Shown: in pieces, positions 25,975 through 40,200 of the stretch
Position numbering within the stretch: position 1 is the stretch's first letter
How the letters are laid out: every line of letters starts with the position of its first letter
Assembly (NCBI RefSeq): GCF_032062105.1
Contig: NW_026941528.1
Location: 1-64,000 of the forward strand
Direction: 5' to 3'
Source: Saccostrea cucullata
Lineage: Eukaryota
Length of the DNA stretch: 64,000 bases
The notes under the pieces: model-generated
What the model was told of the DNA's origin: nothing
What the model saw: the letters and a program-made list of their open reading frames with translations, nothing else
Database searches by the model: none
Position numbers and translations under genes: made by a program

Positions 25975-26975
25975 AAAGAACTTTCAGACAATTTGAAATC
26001 ATAAGATTTTACCAAAATCAAAGCTTTAAAACTTACGACCTTTAAACTTTATACACAACCATTCCCTACGATAAATAAAAGTCCAGGCTTTTTGATAACA
26101 TTGAAAGCTGTTTTTTCAATAACAATGGAACTCGTAAATTTACTTACCGGTACCTGGTCATTGGTCATATACAAAATCATATCGTAAAAACACATTCTTA
26201 TTTTACACATAAGTACTTTAATGTTGACATCAAAGAGATGCTTGAATTTCTGATTGACAATATCTATGTGGGTTTGAGAGACCATGTATTCCTACAATCT
26301 CTTGGAATACCTATGCGTTCAAATTGCGCTCCGTTATAAGTAGATCTATTTTTATATTCATATGACGCATAATTTGTACACGATGTGTGAAAGAAAAAAA
26401 CACTTGCTGTGGCCTTCAACTTGATATTTTGATATATATACGACGCATAGTCAATTAACAATATTAATTTCCATACCTTCGTCGACACGAAATATCCCGG
26501 TGAGCTTGAGATAAAAAATACCTCAGAGTATGACACATCTGTTTTATACGTGTGTATTTTACTTGAAAAAGACGTTAATGGTAATCTAATAACCAAGCTA
26601 TATAATTAACGTTATGACTTTAACTTTTGTATCGTCAAATTCAATTACTTATGCAGCAATATACCATTATCACCTGCAAACGGAGCTTATGTATCTCAGG
26701 TGATTCGTTACGCAAGAAAATGCTCTACGTATGAACAATTTCTATAACCAGGAAACTATTGACAAGCATGTTGATGAAACAAGAATATCAGCAGTCTCGT
26801 TTAAAGTCATCATTTCGTAAGTTCTATGGTCGATACAATGACCTTGTCAGCAAATACAATTTATCAGTCAAATGCTGACTAACGATTTTCATACTAATTG
26901 CTAGTCCATTATTTATACACTGAATTGACTACTGATTTTTCTACTATTTCCTGATCATGAGAAAGAGCACACGGC
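25975..26975 (+). mobile_element. Penelope-like retroelement, longest RT fragment in window (decayed)
   Basis: KTYD..TLYTTIP, MLEFLIDNIYV, GIPM.SNCAPL..DLFLYSY, YI.D, PA.GAYVSQVIRYAR, SSFRKFYGRY; the ORF stops after the RT thumb with no C-terminal GIY-YIG. Confidence 0.85.
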
Positions 26976-28203
26976 TCCTCTTCTTAAAATTTACCTGGCT
27001 TGGTATATTTTTCTAAAGTTTATACAACACTTTTAGCACAAAGGTAACATTTTCTGAAATTTGTTTTCACCTGTAAACCTTTACTAAATGTGATTTGTCT
27101 ATATATGTTTTTTATTGAAATATTACTAATATTTTCCTAGTCTATTTAATTTTCCAATTCTTTGAAGAAAATATTCTAAAATATCCACTTTTCTTAACTT
27201 GTGACATGATATTAAATCTTTTTTAAAGAAAAAAAAAATGTTTTTATCATCTGTCCTTAAGGAACAATAACTGATAAGTGACTCAAATGGCCTTACACTG
27301 AATGTTATAATTTTTCTTTTAATAAAGGTCCAATTTGCAAGGCTATATTTAAATTTTTAATTTGATAAAAAGTTCCATTTAATTAGAAATATGAAAACAT
27401 AAAGTTCATGTTTTCCCGCAATTTTTGCATATTTATATAAAACTGCTTATTTTCATTCATTTTTGTTTATCAGAAAATATTGAGCGGAGACTTGGACAAA
27501 CTGAATATTTCTATTCAAGATGTATCTATACAAGACTAATTAGTTACAGAAAATTTAAGTCTGTACCAAACTACACTCAATGCTTTCCGTAAGAAAAAAA
27601 ACGTCAGGAACGTAAATGTAAAAATTCAAATGGATATATTTCCAGTATAATGTATTCTCCGAAATAAAAATCAATTATAAACATTGGAGTATCATTCTAA
27701 AATATCTATTTTAAGGAGGCCAAATTTGACTCTCATCATATATCGTTCTTTAAAACCCTTATATACTCTGACCTACTTTTAAAGACACTGTATATATCAT
27801 GTATATGTCCATCTTAATTTTAAAACTTGGCTTAAAAATTTCCATTACGGACAACTGAGTAATGGGTCCATAAACATCGAGAATCAAAGCCGCTTCGACA
27901 CTGTTGAGCTTAATTGGTATTTGTCTCAAAACGAAGTAAGAAACCTAATGATAAAACTGCTATGAAATATATTGGACAGGAGAAAACTTGAAAGATAGCA
28001 TGTCATTTTTAGTTCAAGAAATGAATTTTGTTAGTCGTAAGTCGATTTTAAATGAAATCAATATTACATTAAAATAAAAGAGGAAAAACAAACTTCAAGG
28101 GTTTGCAGAATATAAAGAAAAAAAAAAATAAAAACTCACCAACAATTTTGATTAATATAAAGAAAAAAAATATAATATTACTTGTATCAATATTATTTTG
28201 ATA

Positions 28204-28352
28204 TCATACAATTATTGCTGTTTTTAGGTCAATACGATGATGTGGATACCTGAGGAGTACACTATTCACTGAGCCCGTACGGCTAAGTGAATATTGTACT
28301 TTGAAGGTCACTAAGTCATCATTTTGACCGCAAAATAGCAATAACTGTTTAT
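28204..28352. repeat. Long imperfect palindrome (fold-back element end)
   Basis: TTATTGCTGTTTT.GGTCAA...TATTCACT.AGCC-CGTAC-GGCT.AGTGAATA...TTGACC.CAAAATAGCAATAA. Confidence 0.65.
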
Positions 28353-29826
28353 TGTATTATAAAATTATAGGAAACTCCTACAAGTCTATTTCATTGGTTT
28401 AATTGAAAGTTTAAACAACAAATTTCTACAAAAACACATTGTGACAGAAAACATGGAACAGGTCAATAATTTGTGATGATGACCTGTAATAACTCATAAT
28501 ATTGATCTTAAAGGTCACGTGAGTCATTATATTGACCTGCAACAATGCCTTATTGACCTGGAAGATCATGTGCTGGTCAATATAACGTAGTATTTTTCTA
28601 ACAAGTTTGGATCTAAAAAAATCAGAGAGAATGAAATTATTCAATCATATAATAAATAACAACATTATTATAAAGAAACTGTAATTTACACTAATTTGAC
28701 ATTTGCTTTTTTTCATTTATATTTATTACAATATAATAACACTTGATACATATGTAATAATTTTATGAAGGTATTCTTTATAATTGAATGGTAACACTAT
28801 TGCAACTCTAAATGTTATATATCCTGTGTATATTGTTTATCAACTTTACAATATGCCATACATTTTTTTTATATCTTATCCATCACTCATTACAGATAAA
28901 ACTGTATTGTATTTATGTATAGTTCATACATGTACAATATCCTGAAAAACTCTTTATGGGGCCATAATCATAAAAAATGAACACATGTACATGACAATAA
29001 AATCAAAATCTTAAAATGCATTGTTGAACAGAAAAAAAGTAATCTTTAACCTTTTAATATATCTAACTTTATCAATTTATACAGTTTGTTATCTTCATCG
29101 ATCACATTTATAGTAGCCTTATATATGGACACAATCACTGCGGAGAAATTTATCCAGTACACATGTGAGTTAGTGCTAGGTAAACGCTTTTGTATTAGGC
29201 TTAAAAGAGCCCTCAGAGGGACCTTTTTGCTTTGGGCTCGTATAAGCAAATCCATATTGTAACGACACATTGTGACGTCATGATTCTGTATTGTACGATG
29301 TAATAAAACACAGAAAAAAAGGATCAGAGCAGGACTAAGATGAATAATACTAGGAAGAATGTTCTAAAGACTAATTAAATCTTCTGATCTTTCTCAGTCT
29401 AGCGGAATGTGACGACACATAAACAGGGCAAACTCTCTCCATTGTTATTGATTCAACTCGATCCTTTACAAATACCAACTAAACAGCTGAACTTTGGATA
29501 TTTGTGCGGCAGTGTCATCACCGCTTATTCTGCATCTAATTCTATCTTGTTTCTGTTTAACTTAATATAGCATGTACCGGATTTGATTTGCTTATATAAG
29601 GAAATATTTACATTCACTGTGTGTTTCTACTAAGCCAACAGTGAAATTGATTTAAAAATCCTTTTCGTGTATACTCAAGCGTAGAAACATACACGGAGAA
29701 ACGTGCGTTACCGTGACGTCACAATAGGGCTACAGCGACGTTAGTAAATTTATAACAATAAAGGGCAGCGAGAAATTCAAATATTTGGTATATTTTCGGT
29801 GCTTCCAAACATGTAAAATGTAAATA

Positions 29827-30184
29827 TTAGGAATGTTTTTAAGTTTAGTGTGAATTATTGGTGTGAGAATCACACATACTTGCACGTAGGCACATTAAAT
29901 ACTGTAAACCAACTTTTATTCGCGTGCGAGGAATTTTCGCGAAGTTCGCGAGAGCCTCTTCATCGCGAATATTTCTCACCGCGAACCGGTTCTTAAAGTC
30001 TATGTGTCTATTAAAAAGAAACCTAAATAGGCTTGATCGCTAAAATTAATCGTTGCGAACTGGTTTACCCCCGGCAAATCGCGAAATAGAGTCGTCGCGA
30101 ATAAAAGTTGGTTTACAGTATGCCTAAGTGGCAAGTCTGTGTGATACACACACAAATAACTCACACTACAAAAAACATTCCTTA
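29827..30184. repeat. Fold-back palindrome interrupted at its apex by a MITE
   Basis: AGGAATGTTTTT...ACTTGCAC.TAGGCA [MITE] TGCCTAAGTGGCAAGT...AAAAACATTCCTTAA. Confidence 0.65.
29902..30118. mobile_element. Tc1/mariner-type MITE
   Basis: TA|CTGTAAACCAACTTTTATTCGCG ... CGCGAATAAAAGTTGGTTTACAG|TA, perfect 23-bp TIR. Confidence 0.88.
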
Positions 30185-30355
30185 AATACTAACATTTTTT
30201 AACCTGGGCTATACTGGGAAATCCAAAATCAATTTTTTTCCTTAATTTACTTGAAACTATAAAAAAAAATCTTAGAAATAAAATGAACATATATCAATGT
30301 AAAAGATAAATAAATCTGAATATGTCTAAAACTGCATTTTCTTATATTTGAAATA

Positions 30356-30555
30356 CTGTAGAAGCAAATATTTTTTTGTTTTTTGTTGATTTGTCATCAA
30401 AAATAGTTTAGTTGGCATTTAATTTCGTTGTTTTGAATGTTATCCTATTCAATATATAGTCATATAAAATTTCGTGTATGATTTGATTTTGTTGATAATT
30501 GTTAACAACGCAATAAATGATATTTCATCGACCACGAATATTTGTGCTTTTACAG
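30356..30555. mobile_element. Tc1/mariner-type MITE (degenerate)
   Basis: TA|CTGTAGAAGCAAATATT ... AATATTTGTGCTTTTACAG|TA. Confidence 0.6.
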
Positions 30556-31430
30556 TATATCACTACTCCTCGGCTCTGGATCATGATTGTGTTTTAAAAA
30601 TATTTAATTCTATTCACGTTTTATTTCAGTTATATAAAATTATTACGTTTATTAATTATAGATCCAAGATTGTAATGAATTGTTATTATCCAAATATTAA
30701 CACCTTTACTCTTACAATAAGTCATTTTAAAGAAATGGATAGCTTTGTATTCTTTTTTTTATCAATATTACCTTGAGTAGGTCTGAAAAGCTTCTTTTTT
30801 TTTGGTTTTGATATTCTTAAGATATTTGAGACTCTATTGCTCTTTTAATACTTTTCGAGTTAAATAAAGATAGTCCAAATAGGATCTTAATTTTTTTTTT
30901 CTTAATAACTGTTAAGAAATTTATCTTACTTAACACAAACAAAGGAGGGTGAAATGTTTATAAACTGCGCTATATTTATTCTTTTTTAATTCTAGGAATA
31001 ATCATATTTGTAAATAAAAGACAGCTAGACCAGCTTATACTTTAATGTTCTACAGATCGATACCCAAGCAAACATGATTGTAGTGATCGTTATTACTAGC
31101 TCTCAATTACTGTAAACATATTACATTTGGTTGTATATTGATTCTTTTTAGGGCTAATTAGGCGGAAAATAAAACTTCAGGTAATTCAATAACAACGTTA
31201 AATGTCTTTCACCTTATACATTATAGAGGAAATTAGGAACTGCGCTGATTCTAAACTAAGCAAACGTTTTCAAAAGTCAATTTCCGAAATAAATCGTACA
31301 CGCTTAATATAATACATTTACAGTATTTCCCACTATTTCCCGGGAAATATCAGTATTTCCGGGAAACTCACTGATATTTCCAGGGGAAAAAATCCAGCTA
31401 TCCTATTAACTTTCCATTCGTTTTTAGCAT

Positions 31431-31436
31431 TTTATT
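31431..31436 (-). promoter_or_regulatory. Candidate poly(A) signal of the LRR gene
   Basis: AATAAA on the minus strand about 50 nt after the stop codon. Confidence 0.4.
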
Positions 31437-31487
31437 TCCGATTTGTTCGCAAACAAAATGTGCATTCACAATTTATGAATTCTATTA

Positions 31488-31812
31488 CTAAATCATGGTA
31501 TTAACAAGCAAATACAAAGAAATCTGTATCATAACCAGAAAGTTCTTTACTTTTAACGGTGAAGAGTTGGTTTCATAGGTTGTTTTTATGAATTCCGTTG
31601 TCTCGCCCTCTGTTTCGGTGGTCGTTATAGGTATAGTGGTCATCTCGGAACAGGTCAAGTTTGCAGATGATAGGCTGACCAATTTGATTCCCTTTAATTT
31701 CTCAGGAGTGAAGCAGCGTATTCGTTCAGGAACACTGACAAATCCAGTTTTTATGTAATCGAGCATTCCAATCAACTTGCAATCGCAGTGATAAGGATTA
31801 TCATGCAATGTC
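31488..31812 (-). CDS. LRR gene last exon: LRRCT, Thr-rich stalk, GPI-like C-terminus
   Basis: TLHDNPYHCDCKL...RCFTPEKLKGIKL...LTC, then TTIPITTTETEGETT...NSS-PLKVKN-FLVMIQISLYLLVNTMI*. Confidence 0.9.
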
Positions 31813-34179
31813 CTGAATAAAGTAATGAGAACTTTATATAAAACCTAAAAACTTCACGTATATAATAATTTTGCTAAAATTATATAACTACGATATCATT
31901 TCACAAGTCTACAATCGAAATGTCTTAAACATGTACATAAGAACCTCATTACTTGTTCTGATACAGGGTAAGTCCTTAAATGTATCGCTTAATCTTACAA
32001 ATTATGTATTTTTTTATCTAGAGAACCGTCCATTTCCATTTGTCATCTTTACCCAACTGCAAAGTTGTAAACAACTGAAAATTTTACCTATACACGCAAT
32101 GGTACCATGTTTATTATTGGGTGCATTTTATGGTCCGATTTTTACGCAGTACAGTTAAGGCAACACATGAAAAAAATATGGTAATGAAGACATAATGAGG
32201 TCTGACGTCATGACAATTGCTCCGCCCTGATTGATCCATATAAGGAAATGGTGCTCAAAATAACTATTTACCGATATTTGCAAGAATTTGTAATAAACAG
32301 CAATATCGTGGCGGCATCAGCTGAGATTTGCAGTGGATTTAAATGCAATAACCACACAATCTTTAAAGAAAATAGGAATAAAATAAGAGACAAGGCATTG
32401 CTTCTCCCTTTTACGAGAATATGAGGACATTAAATAGCAGAAAACAGACGATTTGCACCAGATCCGTAGATCCATCACTGCACTGTAATTCGAGGCCAGG
32501 TATGTACATATGTAGGTACATGTTTAGATCTACAATATGTAGACATGCTTTTGTTAACATAAAAACCCGAGTGTGTTCATGTTCATTTAAATGTATTATC
32601 ACAGTCAGTGAAAAACTGAAAGGTAGTGCCTTGTGTGCAACCCCCCCCCCATACTAAGTTCAAGTTGCACACTTTTTAAAATTATTAAAAATTAATTGCA
32701 CTAAATATGTACTGAGTTCATGTCAATTAGCTCATTTTCTTTGAGACAATATGTGTAATAATGGAGGTCATCAGTAACACAAAAATGAGATGTTTTCATT
32801 GTGTCAGTTCACTAGTGACTAGGCCTAAACAAGCAATGATGTCTTTTGACATACAAATATGCTACACAATTAAAAAAAAATTATCAGTATCATTGTGTTG
32901 AAAACATATATAGAACCCCCACATCAGATCTATGGTTGTAATTTCCTAGATATTCTAAATTAATTTAAAAAATATTCATTTTTTGTTTATATTTACATGT
33001 ACATTAAAAATATTTATATAATACTTTTATCATTGTAGCTGTTGTCCAGAGTTTCAGTCTTAAAGAATGAACAAATAAAAAATGCATCATTTCTCCACAG
33101 GGTATGTATACTTCTAAAGCATTTAACATTTTTAAAGTTTGCATACATGTACTTTAGATTTTGGTTTTTTTTCAGTTTTGTAAAAGAGAAACTCAGAATT
33201 TTTTTAAGAAAATATTCTATCAATAACTATTGTAAATGTCAGAGGTTTCACTTTCCCAGAGAAGTTTTGTAACACATTTTTTTCCCCATTTATATGGTTA
33301 ACATAAATTCACTACAGTATACAATGTAGCATAATTTGTTTTGTCAAAGTAATGCCATTTTATTCTACAATGTATATTTAGTAATCTCATGGCATGTAAC
33401 TGCATATATATTGTGTTGTAGGCCTAGCCATTCCTAACCGTAGGACAAATGGATACATTCAGGCAGCAAGTTAATCTACCATTTAAGGAAAATGGTATGC
33501 TCAATATTAGCTATAAACCATGCAAAGTTTTGATAATAAAAATAACAGAAGAATTGAAAACATGTATATGCACCTTATTTTAATTGTTTCAATGCATTTG
33601 TTTATTTCATTTTTTTTAAACACAAATTACTTTCAATAATGGTATTTCCTGATTTTCTTATATTTTCAGAATTCATTTTATCCACAAGAACAAGAAGTGA
33701 TGGAAATAATTTGCACCTGCCCAGCATTCCTACAGTCTGTCATTGGATTTGAAAAGAAATGTTTATTAAATAAATTTTCTAGATAAATAATAATTTGACT
33801 TTTTCATATATTTACTGTACAGGTGTTGAAAAGGCCATTAAGATTTGAAAATCTTAACTTGCATACTATTTTGTGTGGAGGGTACTAATGTCCATCAAGA
33901 TCTTATTTCCAGCATGTGCATTTTGTTCATTTATTTTTCAATAATATGACCAAAAACAGGAGACTAGAGATCCCCCTATATTGATTCAAAATAGGATAGG
34001 GGACGACCATTTGATTCTGCGGGAAGGGGGGGGGGCAGGTGAGTTTTTCCAAGCATATTTTTTTTTTCATTTTCATGTCAATGAAGGAAAGATTAATATT
34101 TATTTTTGATCAATTATAGATAAAGGACAGATTATTTATTTTCCTCTTCATTGAAAAGTCTAACATGCAAAAAAATGTA

Positions 34180-34210
<31 letters not shown>

Positions 34211-37200
34211 CCACTGATTCGTGGGAGGGGAAGATCACTGATCTGCAAGTATTTATTTCTAAGATCTGCCAGCCCCTCACCCTCAATATAAAATGGCTAT
34301 CCCCTTAACAAATACAGGAGTATACCCCAATCCTTTTTGATTAGTTCCTAAAACTTATAACTTCGTTTATATCCCTTAATTAACAGTAAGCGGTCTGATT
34401 GAAAGTGATCGTAGATCTGAACATGATCTCGTATGCAGAAAGAAAAAAAAATATTAACACAAGTATGTGTACCATAGGCGTCGAAGCAAAAGTAAAGGGG
34501 GGCTAATTGAAGGGGGGGCTAAACCAAAAGAAAAAGGTAAATTCCAATGCCTACATTATGTATATAATTTGCAAATAACTTAATAAACTTGTTGGGAGGC
34601 TACCCCCCTCCCCCGGGTTCCGACGCCTTTGCGTACAGTAGTGAGAGAGGGGAATAGATATTTGATTAATTATTAATGGAGGCTATATTTTAATAAACCA
34701 TTTGTGTTCTAAATAAATATATCGGCAATATTTAGACCTATTCATGTATAGAGTGTACATGTATATACACATCTTTGAGGAAATGCGGGAGGTTTGAAAG
34801 AGTTAAATGTATACAACGTATGGAGAACGAATACACAGAAAAGAAAGAAATGTCAAGGATTTTATGCATACCGTTTTGCAATGATTTAGTAAAATAAAAA
34901 GGGTCCAGCCCTATCCGCATGTATATTTATTTAAAATTTACGAGGTAAACAAACTGTATCAAGTACTCAAGAGTTATCTCCCATGCTGGGTCAATGATGC
35001 GTTTGAAAACTATAATTAGATTGACTCTTCCAAGATTTCATTTTTAATCAAAAAGTGCAAGGGCAAGGCGACAATCTAAAAAGTAGGTGTTTATTTTAAA
35101 TTATTTATTTTATTGTAATGTTTTCAAAAAGTGATGCTCATTTCTTTGTAATCCTTTAGGTAATTTTATAATTCGCGATGAAATTAGGAAAATATCCTAT
35201 TTTTCATACATAACTGTCTGTTTTAGCTGAATAACTTAATTATATCGGAAAACTAACTGAATGAGCATCACTTTTGAGAAAGTATAGATACATAGAGACA
35301 ACATAAAACATTATGCAGTTAATTTTTTGTTTGCCTTGCCCTTGCACTTTTTGGTTAAATTTGACATCTCATTTTTTGACCTAAAATCGGAGCCCACGTG
35401 ACTTCAGGGGGTCACATGATGTCAAAAATACCAATGTGAAAAGCGATGGACATACTCTTAAAGATAACAAATAGATATTTGAACTAGAGTGACTTGCTCA
35501 AAAATAAAACTGTTAAACATTATATGTATCGGATTCCGTGAGTTTTTATAGAAAATGTTGCCTTAACTGTACTGCGTATACGCACTTAAAATAAAAATAG
35601 TCTGAAATACTTACATTAGTTGCAGATTTGTCAACCCACTTATTGTGATGTTTTTAAGGTAGTTATCCTAATCCCTAATAGATAAACCCACTTACTGTGA
35701 TGTTTCTATGCTATTAATCCTACTCTGAGATACTAACAATAGTTGTAAATTTGTCAACCCGCTTGTTGTGATGTTTATTGTAGTAATCCTGCTATGAGAT
35801 ACTTACAATACTGGTTGACTTATCAGCCCGCTTATTGTAGTGTTTGTAAAGGTAGTTATCCTGTTTCCATATAAGGCCCTGAGATAAAGTTAAAAAGATT
35901 GAAAGTAAATAACAGATCTAAGTTCAATCTATCTGATAGAATGACCGTAATACTAATTTTCATATACAATATACTTTCGTCCTAAGAAAGTGGAACAAGG
36001 CAATAAATACTTATACAAGAAAAAAAAATTCAAATTGTATTTAGTGAGAAATAATTTAGCCAGTATATTCTTGGATAAAAAAATTACGACTTATTACAAT
36101 TAAATTCATCTGTGGGCTGGTCTTTGATATATCTGTATACTACAGCATTTACAGTCTATATTTTCTTCTTAAGTTTTCTTTTTCTGATTATCTGTTCACT
36201 GTTTATACAATATACAACAAAGTATAAAAAAAATCTTCCCATTTACAAAATGTTTGTTAAAATTTACTTCCAGAGCGGAGGGACTTATTTTGATTGAAAC
36301 NNNNNNNNNNNNNNNNNNNNNNNNNNNNNNNNNNNNNNNNNNNNNNNNNNNNNNNNNNNNNNNNNNNNNNNNNNNNNNNNNNNNNNNNNNNNNNNNNNNN
36401 NNNNNNNNNNNNNNNNNNNNNNNNNNNNNNNNNNNNNNNNNNNNNNNNNNNNNNNNNNNNNNNNNNNNNNNNNNNNNNNNNNNNNNNNNNNNNNNNNNNN
36501 NNNNNNNNNNNNNNNNNNNNNNNNNNNNNNNNNNNNNNNNNNNNNNNNNNNNNNNNNNNNNNNNNNNNNNNNNNNNNNNNNNNGGACTCCAAAGTCCGAT
36601 GGACACGCCAAAGTCCGATGGTCTGCGCTAATCCCCGATGATCTGACACGCCAAAGTTCGATGGTGCGGAAAATAATTAACGTTTATGACGTCATAGTAC
36701 CACTGCACCAAACCTCAATGTCAAGCTTTAAAAAATAAGTATAAATAAATAAATGCGAAAACTAACCCTTATCTCTCAGATAGTTGCGAGTCTAATCCTA
36801 AACTCTCGAAAAGTGTGTATTAACAATAACCTAGATATCTTGGGTGGGTCACTACTGGACGAAAAAAGTGCTGAGAATCCCAAATTTTACTGATAATGTT
36901 TGATAATTACTGATACGGTGCTGTTCTTGCTGATAATTACTGATATTTACTGTTATTATTATTGTTGTTGCTGATAATTTTAGCTGTTGCTGATAAATAC
37001 TGATAATTACTGTCGTCTTTTACTGTGGAGTCTGATAAATGCTGATAAATACTGTTGAGGTACTGTCGCTGCTGAGAATTACTGATAATTACTGTTGAGG
37101 TACTGTCGATGCTGAGATTTACTGATAATTACTGTGGTCATTGTTTTTAACCTCTGAATGGATTAAAATAGCCTGAGAAATGATTATTTGGTTTTTTTTT

Positions 37201-40200
37201 AAGTATTTTAACAAATCCATTACAGTCAATTACAAAATAAATTATTCTAAATAAAAAAGTCACATTTTAATAATTTGTTTTCAGTTTTCAGCTATTAATT
37301 TCATTATAATTATTTTTAGACCATAATGTTAACATAAGCTTTCATAAATGTTTATGTTTTTTCTTTAAATTTCTCCTTACACGTAGATGACATTATCTGA
37401 GGAAAATTATTCTATTGTATTTGCAGTGGTTTTTCTTCCCAATGACTTTTTAAAAAAGTTTAATGTTTGTTCATATAGGTTAAAAAAATCTCATCTCATA
37501 TTTTTCTCACATGTCTGTGTACTGTCCTCAAACGCTTTTTGTGGGTATCTTCAATACTTTAATACAGTCAATGGTTGTAAATATCAATTTATTTTACCGT
37601 GTGGAGAACTGAAAATGCATGAGCACATTAAGTTAAACCCCCCCCCTTTCCATTTACTTTTAAATTAAGCTCTCATTTTAACAAGACAGTATTAAATATT
37701 TGTCATAAAATCTAGTCTTAAGCGTACACTTTGTTATTTTATAGAAGAATGTGACAGGGTTAAATAATTAAATTGAAGCATCTTTAATTATTATTTTTTA
37801 TATATTATGTAGACAGCAAGCTCTCCCTGCGAATTTTATATCATTGTGTCGCTTTCTAGCTTTTTCTCTCTCTCTCTCTCTCTCTCATTATTTGTTAAGG
37901 CTTAAGTATTGTACACTACATGACATAAATCTAATGCAGTGTGATTTTCAGTCAATGAAATATATATACATGTCTTTCTTTAGGCTAATTCTTTTTTCAT
38001 TGTATACAGTTTTAAGTCTATGGGCATATGGCTTCTAATATTATGCGCCACTCCTTAAACATGTTATATGCGGTCAGTCAGTTAAAAAACAAAATAAAAT
38101 AAATCATAACTTGAATTAACTTTTTCCATTAATGCACACTTTGTGCTTGTTGTTCTGGAACATACATGTCAACCACGTGTAAAAGTTCTACTTCCGTTTT
38201 AGAATCGGGTCAATTATTAGTACATTCTGCCATAGGGAGCTTGCAGTTTTGTAAAATTAGAATTTTGTGCATAGATTATAATTTTTTTTAATTCCATTTT
38301 TGTCCGAGACCTTTGTATAAACGAACAGTATAGACTTGGTGTTTATTTATATGAATTTTCTTGATTGTAGCACAAAAAGGAGGGGGTGAAATACTGTTTA
38401 CAATTAAGTGATAGCCTGTTCTTTAGTTGTGTGTTTTAAAAGTCATGCAAGTTATGATATTATACTAATTATAATCTTTTTATAATTATGCATGAATAAA
38501 ATTATTTTAGAGAATCAATTGCAATGAACCATACAAAATTCAGAGCTGAAGTAATTGTAACATTTATTCATGAGTTCGATACACAACGTCATGTTTCTGA
38601 CATTCAATATCCATACAATTAAGGTTTTTTTTTTCTCGGATAAAGCGAAGTGGAGTTTCCCTGCATCTGAATTGTGTACAATTAATGATAATATTATTTC
38701 AAAAAAGTGCTTCACTAAACAATCTTTCTCTTTATATCTATACGATTGTATATTTTGCACACTTTTTTAAAATTAAAAATTGGAAGTCAATTTCTCGTCT
38801 ACGTATTTACTGGTCCCAAACCATCGTTAGCAGAGATTCAGAACTGAAAATACATGTGACCACCTCCCCCGAGATATTCTTTTATCTGATAAACAAAATA
38901 TACTCCCGGCCTAAATTCCCTTACTTCGCATTTATAGCAACCTACAATTTTTTTTTGTTTAGTTTCTTATTCACATATGCCTTTTAGACCTACTGTTATG
39001 TATAAAATCACCTACATTTTATATATTTTTATGGTCTATGTATACTAATGTAAAATGGTAAAAAGATTCAAATAAATGATTGATTGATTGATCGAAGAAA
39101 TATGCGTAAAACTAAAAAATGAAATTAAATACTGAAGAAAGATAGATCTTTGAGAATTGAATTAATAATTAAAATAAGTCTGTACAACGTACATGATGTA
39201 CATGTATATATCTTTTTTTTATTATAGTACCAAAGTGTTCTATTCTAAATATTTTTTCTATCAATTTTATTCGTCATCAAATTCAATATTACGGATTTTT
39301 TTTTTCGTGCGACCATAAACTTTAAGATTGTTTCAAAGTAGCGAGTACATGTACAGTGTAGGTATAGTTTGTTTATTGATAACACCGGTAGCCGCAGACG
39401 AAGAACAATAGGTAATTAGTGCCCATTGTTACGCTGACCACTACAATTTGCATGGAATATACAAGTTGTACCCCGTTCTACCCCGGGGCTGAAGACATGT
39501 ACACAATACAGCCAAATAACAGGTCGATCACCGATTTCTGATTAATTGAAATAAATTTAAAGGTGTTTTCCTTTCAACTTTTTACCATGCAAAATCAAAA
39601 TCGATCAATTTGATCATATACTAATAGTAACATATTAAATTAAGTCTCATTNNNNNNNNNNNNNNNNNNNNNNNNNNNNNNNNNNNNNNNNNNNNNNNNN
39701 NNNNNNNNNNNNNNNNNNNNNNNNNNNNNNNNNNNNNNNNNNNNNNNNNNNNNNNNNNNNNNNNNNNNNNNNNNNNNNNNNNNNNNNNNNNNNNNNNNNN
39801 NNNTCAAATCAAAGTCTATAAAACAATACAAAAACATGAAAAGAGCAAACACGGACCTCCACAATATTCCAATGTAGAATCAGGTACTACGGAGGAGTGA
39901 GTATCTCCTGATTTGATAATATCTAATACACAATGCAAATATACTGCTTTTAGTTGGCATGCTGCAAAAGTGTACGTATAGACCTAACATACGAGTTTTA
40001 AAAGACAGAGCCCTAATCTCTACTGAGTATGACTCAGCTTACAATAATTGTAATTCATTTTTATTTTATTTTCCAATGTCATAAATTTTTTCCTTAAGGC
40101 TTTGTAAAATCTATATTGCAGCAGTTTTCATTGCTTCATTTTTCATACGTTGAATTCACCCACTAACGCCGTATTAATGAATGAATGGTGTAGACCGATT

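Larger units (their letters stand above)
32145..35576. mobile_element. Non-autonomous TIR transposon, CGCAGTACAGTTAAGG family (with nested insertions)
   Basis: Perfect 21-bp TIR CGCAGTACAGTTAAGGCAACA, TA on both sides. Confidence 0.8.

Noticed and set aside
27474-27588. Isolated + strand exon-like segment (cag...gtaag)
   Set aside because: No recognisable protein and no partner exons found
36196-36649. ORFs of 108-136 aa in all six frames
   Set aside because: Artefacts of translating the N gap
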